Assembly (NCBI GenBank): GCA_030141605.1
Contig: JAQGDQ010000040.1
Span: 1-64,000, forward strand
Source: Tubiluchus corallicola
Taxonomy: Eukaryota; Animalia; Priapulida
Direction of reading: 5' to 3'
DNA: 64,000 nucleotides
In this document: one piece after another, positions 24,001 to 36,000 of the stretch
Layout of the letters: each line of letters starts with the position of its first letter
Numbering within the stretch: the stretch's first letter is position 1
The notes under the pieces: generated by a model
Seen by the model: the letters and a program-made list of their open reading frames with translations, nothing else
Database searches by the model: none
Told to the model about the DNA's origin: nothing
Position numbers and translations under genes: made by a program

Positions 24001-27000
24001 TACTATTGCTTGCAATGTAGTGAAACTTAACATATTTTTCTGAATATAGTTGATACTTCCAATGCTGGAGAGGGAATACTGACAGTTGATGTATCTTGCA
24101 AAAGCAAGTGGGTGGCATCCAATGTTCGCCAGACTGCGGAAGGGCAATATGATTGTGACTTTGTACCTGTGGACAGCAGTCCCCATCTAGTGGAAGTAAC
24201 CTTCAACAATGACATAGTCGGTGGTAAGCTATCTAGATACATCATGTGTTTTTTTTTTGAATAGAGGTTCTAAAGAAATTGTTTCCTTTTTTCATTACAG
24301 CATAGTTTTTGAATGTTTGTTTATATTTGTTCAATTTTTCTTTATCTGTGTTTTATTTATATAACTTGCATGCTTCAGAAATAGAAAGGTCAGTTGACTA
24401 TGTAATGCTCATATTTACTCATAATGTGTTTAAGTACATTTCAGTGTGTTGTATCAGTTTTCTTTTGGCTATTTATTTGTTTAATAACTTTTTAGTCATA
24501 ATAAGTGCATTTCTGGTTGTCTGCTGTAATCTTCCAGTAAGCCATTGTGAATAAACTTTATAATTTTAGCCATTCATCCTAATGATTGTAGATTATATCT
24601 GTTTTATAACAATGCTGTAAGCAGTTTGTTTAAGCAGTCGTAGAACCAAACTAAGCGTGTAATTAGTTTGACATTATAGCAACAATAATGTAAATTCGTC
24701 ACCCCCATGAAATGTTGGAGTTTCTTGTGTGTTAAAACTTTGCATTCATTTTTTTTGTAACAGTTTTTTTTGCTGAATAGTTTTAGAGCTTTTGTTTCTA
24801 GTTTTTGGTCAGACTGCAAACATTGATTTTTCTAAAACAGATTTCAAACTGAAGAAAGCTCGCCAATACCCTAGGTCACTCTGCTGTGGGTGTTGTCAAG
24901 GTAGCTTAAGATTAAAGCACCCCTCTGCCTGAGTAGACCTCCACTTTCGCACTAGAAATTGCAGCAAAATTTGGGAACCTTTTACAAAAATTTTGCTGCA
25001 CATTTGAGAGGGATTGTCTTAGTAGTGACGACGAAGTTTTGGCTGCATGCTGGCAAATATTGCCTGCATTTTCTTCATATGGGTCATGCAGAAACCAAAA
25101 ATAAATTCAAAACTGAGCTGTCCAAGTCTAAAAAGCGTGTTTGTTAAAAATGATTTATGCACTTATGGTCCATGTACACAGTTAGACCTGTTTACTACTT
25201 TATTCAGAAAATAGTTATTATTATTTCAAATACTTTAACATTTATTGTAATTTATTTTGATCTCCAGTTTTTGTGGGCTGGTCTAACACATTCGCTTTAG
25301 TTACAGATTTTTCTTTTTTTAAAGTTCTATTGCAGTTACTTATGCTGCTCATTGTTTTGAATCTGTTTTTGTTTTCAATGTTTACATTCTTTTGTCTAAA
25401 GAGACTAGGCAAATCCAAATAAAGTACAAATATTCAAATTTGAAAAGGAAAGGTTCTGAAAAGTTGTGAGTCAAACAAAATTCGAACCAAGAACTTTTTG
25501 GTTACAGGCTACAATGATAAACCGGATTTATCATTGATGTTAAAATGTCTCACTTTCTTAGCATGTTTTACCTGGCTCTGCTATCTTTATCTTTGTTCAA
25601 GTAAAATTAATGTTATTTTTGCTTTTTGTTGCTGACAGTTTGGATAATGCCTAGGCTCTGCACCAACCTGCACGATATAGCACAATAGCACAGGTGTTGT
25701 CATTTGGTGCAATAGTATGGCATGACATGGTGTAATGGAATAGTGTGAATCAAAAGAAACAGCACAAAATTTTTCATTATGAATTTGCAACATACAGATG
25801 TTCAAAGTGATCTGATACCTTGAATTACTTGGTACTTTTAATCCTCTGCATATCGGAATAACACTAAGCAAATTTATGACATAAAATACATTGATTGTTT
25901 GCTTTATGCCAATAATTTCTTGTAATTAATTTTAATTAATGAATGTTAAGAGCAGATACTTTGTTTTACAAAGTACTACAATTGGCGCACGCAGATTACT
26001 TGAATTATGCATATTGTTATATAGTCATTTTTCTTGTCTGTTATCCTAGAATTTTTCTCTTAAAGAATAAAAAGAGCATTATAACTCTTATTAGTTACAG
26101 CTATTTCAAATTGAACTTTTACAGGTGTGTTTAGCTGTGATGTTACAGATGGTACAAAATGTATAGCCACGGGTACTGGTTTACTAAAAACAGCTGTTCA
26201 CGAGCCAGCTTCATTTGAGATTAATCCATGTGGATCACCACCTGGAGAAGTAGATGTCATGATAACCAGTAAGTGCTTATATGGAAAGACCACAGTTACA
26301 CATTGATTTTTAGCATCTGTTTAGTAACCAGCTATTACAAAGCAATGTATTCTGACAATGAGGTGTTGGAATACTGCTTGAATGTACTTGTTAGTGTCTG
26401 AATAAAACTGTTTTGGTAGTTGTTACTGCTGTTATTAAGAGAATTAAAAATTCTTTCTATGTGAATTTGTAAACGTACTTGGCAACCTTCCTCGTTTAGT
26501 AATAATGTACATTCACTAAAAGTTTGATACATTCTTTTATTCCTATCTACAAGTCCAAATTCAATTTAATTGCGCCTTAACAATGAGATGTAATGTTCAT
26601 TGTGGAAAATGCTAATGCCATTAATTATGTAGTCTAGCTTTTAAGCATTATTATTACCATGATAGCATCTTGTAAGATTTGCTTCATTAATGCAATGGTT
26701 AAAAAATTCTAAACCATTAAACTTTAGAAATTACCTCATTTGCTGCAGTGTGTCTCATTTTAATAAGGTGAAACATGGTATAAGAGAATAAAAATTTATT
26801 TTAACTAATGTTTTGCTTGGATAGGTCCTACTGGAAGACTTGTTGTCTGTCAAGTGTATTTACTGCGAGGAAAGATCCACCGCTGTGAATATCGTCCGAA
26901 CGAAGTCGGGCCACACAAAATCGAAGTGACGTATGACGACATTCCTATCCCTGGGTCTCCTTTTCGCTGTGAGGTGTATGATTACAGCAAAGTACAAGTT

Positions 27001-30000
27001 CAACCAATCGATGAAGGCATTGTAGGCCATCCTTTATTGTTTAATGGTATGTTAATACCTTGTATGCTGAATTATGACTGTCAGGATGAATGAGTATTTT
27101 CTGTTTTATATGCTAGTTCTTGTTATTTTGCTAAAAAATCCTAAGATGGTGGGTCTTTCTTCGATGATGCAATTTCAAGATTGATATGTCACGGTTCTGT
27201 ACTTTTCGCAGAGTTTTGAGAAAGTGTGAATTCTGAGCTTATCTCAAGATTTACAAAAATGTGTTTACAAAAGTCTTTTTATGGCTGAAAACGTATTCTC
27301 TCTCATTAACACAAAAGGTATTCTGTCCAAACAAGTATTAAAGATGAGACGAAATTGTTTACAGAGCATATTTAACAGGTGTTATCAGTTATGCTATTTA
27401 TGAAAGTGAATGTGATCAAAATACAAAATAATTATAGTTAGGTCTGCAAGATACAAATTATTTACAGTTATATCCGTAAAACAGTGAAATTATAAATAGT
27501 TTCTAGACAATAACAACATTGCTAACATTGCTAAATGTCTTGCTTGAAAATTGAAGTGAGGTAATTGTAAAAAAATGTGAACTTTTCTTGACCTGACTTG
27601 TTGCTTTTAGTTGATGCCTCTCAAGCTGGCACTGGTGCATTATTGTTGGATATAAAAGCTAGAGGGCGTGATGTACCTCATAAGAAGACTTTGCAGGGCA
27701 ACAATGTCTACCTAGTGTCGTTTACTCCCATGGAACCTGTACCACATCAGATATACATTAAGTTTAATGGTCATCTCGTGAAAGGTTTGTGTTCACTATC
27801 ACCTGACTTCTTGAGAAAACATAATAGTTGTAGTAAATAATGATTTTTTTTCTCAATTTCACTTTGAAATAAGAATAATTTTTCAATGATATTTAAACTT
27901 AGCTTGACATATTAATTAATTTATTTATTGTAGTTATTATTCGGTCAACTGTTTGTATCTGATCACAGCAAATTTAATTTCTAATTTTGCTGTTAGGTTC
28001 CCCTTTCGAAGCTCTGGTACAGGACAGCTCAGTGCAGATGCAGACGCATATTGGATTAGCACAGGAACCAGGCCGCATTGTCGCTAGTGGCAAGGGTTTG
28101 AGAAAAGCTAGAGTGGGAGATTTGGCTTGGTTTGTCACTGAAGTTCAGGGCGGTGATGGTCACTTGGAGACGTTTATTGCAGGTATGACGAGAACCTTCA
28201 AAAACTTCATTGAAATGAACTCCATCTGCATGTTCTTATTACACATTGATTTATCTATTTAACCAATTTTTTCTTCTATTTAAAGCAACACTGAAGGCAA
28301 CATATGATTGGGCCTCATGTACTTTAGATAACCATGTCATATTTATTAACTTACCCAAAATAGGCTGCATTAGTTTTCGCATGACATCACTGGTATCTCT
28401 AGCACATTGAATAATGGACGTGTATGTGCAGTAAAACACAAGTGAAATGATAAAACATGTAGTTTATCAAAACTACAGATTTGAGGCTTAACATTAAGCA
28501 CGCCTTCAGTGCTGCTTGCTTCTAAGTTTTCACTTTTTTATTTTGTTTTTGTTCTTATCAACTTTTAGCACCAAATGGAAAGCACGTTCAGACAAAACTC
28601 GTGCGCCAGAAGGATGGGGACTATAAAATTGAATACACTCCGACAGTGCCAGGACGTCACCAAATTGAAGTTATGTACAATGGTCGATCTATCATGGGCA
28701 GTCCATTCTACTCTGAGGTGTATGATCCTAGTAGAGTTATCATTGAAGATGTTACCAAGGCTGTAGTCGGTCAGGAAGGTGGTTTCCGAGGTAATATAAA
28801 TTAACCTGTATCTTGCCCTTTCTAGGAATAGACTTATCACTTAAATCTGTAATTCGATGAAATCTTGATACTCAGGACACTGTTTTCATTTAAAAACCAT
28901 ACAGCCGTTTTTACCCATGTCCAGATAAGCCGAAAGCATAAAATACTTTTTCACTGTTTCTGTATGTTTCAGTGGTGTGGGGTTAATGGCTAAGTGGATA
29001 GGCATACGTGCTTTGAGTGAGGAACATGTAACACCTTGGTTCTTTACTCCCTATGAGCAGTGTCATTCATAAGGCATAGCTCTTTACATTGTAGAGGGAG
29101 GATGTAAATTCTTCAGAACAGCTGGCTGATGCCCCTCTGCTGGTTTGGTAGCTCATCTTAGAGGCTTGTTCGTAATAATGATCCAGAGTCCATTCAGACT
29201 GCGTGCATTTTGTTGAGCAGTCGTTTCAATGTGGTTCTTATACTTTTTTGTTCTGTTTTTAGTTGTTTACAGAGATGCTGGCAGGGCTGATTTACTCGTG
29301 ACAATATCAAGTGAATCTGGCAAGAATATTCCATTTGAAGTTCATGAAGGCTCTTTCTCCAACTATATCCGTTATTTTCCGCAAAGCCCAGGAAAACATC
29401 GGATTGTTGTGACTTATGGCGGAGATGACGTACCACGTAAGTTATTGCTTGGTCTTTAGATACAATGTACGTTCAAAATCTTTTTTGTAGTTTTCATATG
29501 TACTGTTTATCAGAGAACTATATGAAGAGTGCAGAACTACAAACAAGTAGTATCATTACAGTTTGACTAGTTGCAGTATAGATAAATACATAATGTTGAA
29601 CATTACCATGAAAAACAATGATATTTGTTAAAAGTGCTTAATAAGAAACAAATTCAAACTCACATACTTGAATATTAACAGTTGTATGAATATGTTAATT
29701 GTCACGAAGAAGCAGGCAAGCAAGTTCATTTTGTGATGACAAATTATAAATTCTAATATTAAAAGGTAATAACTAAGTACAGCGTTTGTTTAATAAGTCA
29801 GAGTACAATGAATTTGTAGATGCAATGTACTTGCACGTCTTGGGTCTTTATACTGTTAATTTACAACTTAATTAAATGTGAAATGTGCAGCTACTACAGT
29901 TAGGTGATTGCATCTCGAATTGTTGCTGAAGTTACTAAAATAAAGTGGTGACGTAAGCATTTGTCAATCTGTCATCTCCTACTGAATTGTTTTGTAAACA

Positions 30001-33000
30001 AGTTATTTGTTAATAATGTACCACTAATGGGTACATTTCATTTTGAGAGTAAAGAATGTTAGGAGCTTCAGAAGATCCTACACGTGGTGTGCATAACACG
30101 CATTTTATAGGAAGCCCAATGACTGTACATTGTGAAGAAGCTGAACGTGGTATGATCACTGTTACGGGAGACGGCCTGTATAGATGCCAAGTTGATGATG
30201 AAGCACATTTCACTGTTCACGGTTTGAGAGAGCAACCCACAGTAAGAGTTGATGGTAGGACTGAAATCTATGTTATTTACTGTTTTTTAATGTTTATAGT
30301 TGTCGCGCATTTTCATTTGCGATTTATAATTGAGAATACTACTACCAAATAATTAAACATGTGCTGCCACCTACATTTCACAGTGTCGCACATTTTCATT
30401 TGCGATTTATAATTGAAAGTAGTACTACCAAATAATTAAACATGTGCTGCCACCTACACTTCATATTGTTTATTATTGTAACTTGACCCAAGTTTGATAC
30501 AGTTGTCCTTGGTCAGTCCTGTCACCTGTATCTGCTAGACTTCCCATATATGATTATATACTCTGCTAGTGAGTTTCACTAGTGAATCAGTCATACAACT
30601 TCAAGTCTAAAAGTATAGATTCAAATTTACTTCAAGTTCTGCACAAATTCAGTCAATCTGTATGGCCAACTATAAAGCTTCTACCATAGTCATTGAATTT
30701 CTCATCATCAGTTCATTTGGTTACCTTACAAGTTAAATTTATTGCTTATTTCTTGTACGACAGTTCTTCATTTGTATAGTAAATTTCTTTGTACACATTT
30801 GGTACACATTCAGTAACCTGTTGATGTTGTATCCGCATCACAGGTCCCAACTCTATAGCCAAGGTTCACATACGGAGAGATGGAGAAGTGACCTGGAAAG
30901 TCTTCTATACTCCTGTCGAAGTTGGAATTTTCAATATCAAAATATTTGGCAATGGGAAGGAAGTCACAGGTATGAGTCTTGTTATCGTATATGGTATTTA
31001 AGGAGTAAATTCAAATTTACTCATTTAGCTTAATTAAAAACGATTTTTGCAAATTATAGAGCTTTGTGGTAGTTGTATCAATCTATGGCATCCATCTCAA
31101 GAAATCTGTGCTTGAAAACATTTTGATTTTGCTTGGGACACTTTGGAAAATGCAAACAGTGCTTTTGAAAGTTGCCCCTGTAGTTTTATTTTGAGAGATG
31201 TTTTTTGCTTATTTTTGTTAAATGTTTTTTAAAGTTCATACATTATAAACCCGCATCGAATAAAGTGTGTGGAATTTGACACTAAATAGTGTTTATTTTC
31301 ACCACTGGTATAGATGTGATTTTACATTAACCTCAAATACTCCATGTCACTTTGCTCATTTGTATAAATGAATGTTGCAGGCAGTCCATATCATCCGAAA
31401 GTGACTGACCCACGCCGGTTAAAAGTAGTTGGCGGGTGGCACAGCATCATGGACGCCAACAGTCGGCTGTATCTAAAAGTTAGGGAAGAGAAAGTCATCC
31501 TTTTTGATATTTCTGAGGCTGGCCCCGGTACGTATGCTGCTGTAATAGAGAGATTATGGATGTTAAACGATACAAATTTGGCAATACGATACGATAATTT
31601 TTCCTAAGATACGATACATTATTTCGAATGATAAAAGTGACGCTAAAGTTAGACAATTTATGCAACAACAGAAAAGGTATTATTAATAATTAAAATGATT
31701 GAATGTTTCAGTGCATTCAGTGCTGTATGTTTAAATGGCTGCCAGTTACAAAACACAAATTTATTTTTCACAATGACTCATAAATAAGAAAGCTGCGACA
31801 GATAAACATATTACTGCGATAAAAATATCTCTGCGAGCTGCACATGACTGGGAATGTAGCACTAAAAATACGGAACAGTGTATTTGATATCTGTGCATCA
31901 GTATCAAAGTGTATAAAGGGATTTCTATACTTTGTCAGTATGATTCAAAATAAAGATAGCCATTTTTTGCCAGGCATATCATTGTCATTAACATCCCTAA
32001 GAGAAATAATAATAGACTCTTAACCCATGCTAAGACAGACTGGTAGATCTGTTCCGACTGCAGATTGGTGGACTTATTTGTGTTATATTTTGCACAGGTG
32101 AGCTGTCAGCAGATGTGGAAGGACCTTTGGGGCAAGTACCTGTGTCAGTAGAGAGGCTAAGTGACACTAGAAGACGAGTTTGTTTTACTCCACCCACTGA
32201 AGGTACAAAACATAATCTAAGCAATTTTTCTTAACTCTTAAACCAGTGAAGTTTAATTACTTATGAACTTATAATATCATTATTAATTGACCGATTTTCA
32301 ACCTTGTTAAATCTTTAAAAATCGATGAGTAGCATTGTGTATCTATCAGTAAAAATAAAGAAATTGTTAATCACGACAAAGTTTATTAGTATTAACAATT
32401 TTACATTCTAGAATTCTACGTGATTAATTTTATGTAATCTGATGAAGAGCTCCAAGAACAGTGGCTTCCGTAAATGTCATTTTTATTATTAAACTTTGTT
32501 GTTATTAAAGGAAGACAGGTTGATTTTTCATATCCTACCCCATTTTCAAATACGATAGAAAGTTCTATTTTAACAACAATAATACTAAAAAAGCATTTCT
32601 GATAATTAAATAATAAGTTAAAAACTTAATTAATGGCTGACGAGCCTAACTAGTGATGACATCACAAACTAACATAGTTTTCAAAAGCAAAAACATACCA
32701 TAAGAGTATTGCACATGTTTGCGAAAGCAAAGATTGAAGTACAGTGCCACTGTAAGAAGTTCAGTGTGTTGTACTAAAACTCGGCAAGTTTTAAGATAAA
32801 AGGTTCAAATTTCAAATTTACTGCCGTACTCACGCATAAGCTTTGAAACGTGTGTAGTAAGTCTCAAATGAGCACCTCTGAACTGAGAGGTACAACACCT
32901 GTTTTCTGTGTAACGTGTTTCCGAAATGCAGGCGCTAGTGCCCGTCTAACCAGCGAATGATGAACTGCATGTAACAGGGAAGAACTAGTGGCACGAATGC

Positions 33001-36000
33001 AAAATTGCATTTGTGTGGTAATAAGCCATCTTTGAAAAATATTACGTTCCTTTTCAATATTTTGAAGAGTAGATTGTTTTGATCTACAGTTTAAGATTAG
33101 GTCAGGTCTTCCTTTAATTACCTCTTTTTTGTAAAATATTTATTGCCGGCTTTCAGCCACGCAGTTGCTTCACTGCATATGATATCTTGAATCTGATGGT
33201 AACATGGTGTAATTAATCACATAATTTGGTAAATCTAGAAAACCGACAAATGATACTAAACATCTTTGACATAGTGTATCACAGGATAGGCATCGACTTA
33301 CCAACTTAAATTAACCTGTCACTCAAGGATAACAGCAAATTTGTTCAAACAGTAGCAAAAGTCAACATTTGTTTATACTCCTACCCCAGAGCAATATGCT
33401 TGTGGAACAAACTAGCACCAGATATCAGAGAAATCAATTCCAGAGATCACTACAGAGCACTAGCACTCTCACTTGTTTCTACTATGAAGGTGCCACCTCA
33501 CCTAATCTGTCTGTAAATCTAACCATGTTTTAGCCTGCACCCACAACATGTTTGATTTTCCTTTTTTCACCTCTAATCATAACCTGTAACACCTTCACCA
33601 ATTAGCGAGTTGTTTTCATCTCAAACTTCTAGTATATTGTAAAATACTTTTTAGAAGCATATTGTTCAAGACTTCAAGGAAATGTAAATTGTTTAAATGT
33701 ACTATTGCCTTGTCTGAATGTTTTATTTGCATGAATTCCAGGTTTGTATGAAGTTTCGTTGTACTGGAACAAAGTGCCACTGCCACGGTCACCAATAGAA
33801 GGCCACACGATGTCTGACAGTCCATCAATAAGCCCAGTGGCTCCTCCCCGTGGCGCAAAATCCACAGAGTTGACAGGGAGAGTAATTTTACGAGGTAGAG
33901 GTCTACAAGATGCTAAAGTGAGACAACCTGCAGAATTTATTGTTGATGGTTCTCAGTGTGTCACAGGTAAATTCAAATTCAGCATTTTTCTTGGAAATTT
34001 TGTTATCTTTCGTATTTGTCACATTGTCTTTTAGGGGCCATCCAACTATAACTGATACCAAGTTTAGTGTAGGTAGGTGCCAAGAGACGTGATAATGTCA
34101 TTATAACACAAGGTAGGTAGATGATTTAGTCATGACATTGTTCAGTGAATTAGGGCTGCTCACTGCCTTCATCACTGATGCCAGTAGAATCCACTGTTGC
34201 CTGTCCTTGGGAGGAGGAAGATAAAATGTACAAAAAGCTACATCAATATGATATCAATATCAATAAGGTGTAGGTAGGTGTTAGGGTGTATGATAATGTC
34301 ATTATAACGGAAGGTAAGTAGGTCCTTGAAAGCGGCCGAAAACTTGATATCATTATATGTGGATGGTCCCTTACTTAAATACGCAGCATTATTAAAATAT
34401 GTTTATTCATATGCTGAAGCTTCTAGTTGAAAAAGTACAGTTACTTAACCTTGTTTTTGTCCAGAGAATATTAATTAACTGTGTTCATATTAGGACATTT
34501 GAATTTGACTGGTAATGTGGAAATCCATTTCTTAAAATAAAATTAAATGCCAGCTTTCACTTAAGTATAGACATGGTTCTAATGATTCAAACATAATGAC
34601 CTGTTGTACTAAGATTACAGTTGGGTTCAACAGATCATTGTATTTCAATAAGTGCAACTATGTCTATACTTAAGTGAGTGCTGGTATTTACTGTTATTTT
34701 AAAAATTCTGAATTTGTTTTTTCTGTTTTGATTTAGAGGGCTTAGTTTGCTTTCCAACCCCCCTGGTGGCCACGAATTCACTGAACTGACAAAGGTACAA
34801 GAATAACCGGCAAATGAATTGATGTAGCTATTTTTTGTCTTGCGAAAAACAGTTTAAAAAAAATCTCGTTTTTTGTTATGGAATTCGACACACAGCACAT
34901 CGAAACCCAAAAGTCAGCGAGAGGGTGGTTAATGTGAATTGTTGTGACGAGAACAGAACCTCCATAAAACTCTGCCTCTAAGATAGACACACTGAACTGG
35001 CAAAGGTCACTTAGCTATATTCGAACCCGAATGCATCCTCCCTCTCCCTGCAGTATTCTGTGAATTCATTCACTGACCAGCGTCGGCACCATGCTTTTCA
35101 TAACTTGGCCGTGACCCGTAAGCTACTTCATAAATACGATTCTTTCAGGCAGTCCACATGTTACTCTACAAGGAAAGGGTGGTATTCAGATTCCGGTTGA
35201 CATCATACCAGTTGATGAAGATAATGTTTACAGATGTATCTACACAGCTGATGCGCCAGGTGTGTTCTTTGAATCGTTTCCAAGTGTATAAGTTTGATGC
35301 TCTGGTCCTGTATGTTTATTTGTTTGTGTCTTAAACATGGCAGGATATTCATGTTTCTTTATATCTTAACATATGCATTTGTAAATGTAAGGTACTAGCT
35401 AGCATATTTTGTTAATGTTTTCTGCTAAATGTGCTACTAACCTAACAATATTTATTAAATTCGGTGGCCTTCTATAATACTAGGGTTTGTGCAGAATGTT
35501 CGCTCACTATTTATTCATCAATGGATGGATTTGTTAACATCTGTCATTTCACGCAGTGTCAATATTGTACAAAATGTTTTTGTTGCTCCTATTGTTTTTG
35601 GTATCGATAGGTGTGGGTGGTTTTGGGTGCTTTTTAGTATTACTGACGTCACAGTAGAGCACTATTGGAGGAAAATTGTTGATTGACTTTGAAGAACCGA
35701 TTGAAGGGCATCTTTTAAACGTAACATGTTACTAAAGTTTGTGCATTTTACAAACACGTTCGAGCAAAACTTATGTACATGCATGCACAAGCAGCTTTGT
35801 GTTGGCTTTTAGAACACCTAATTTAGAAAAAGAGCTTTAGCAGAGCTTGTAGAACAGCTAAACACCTCAAATTTAGCACACGAATGCTTTTTCGTGGCAG
35901 CTCTTCATATCTCGAAGCCGATGGAAGTCAGGACAGAAAAACCTCAATAGGCAAGTAATCCAATGCCTCGCATTTCCAGACCTGCTAATTATTACTTACT

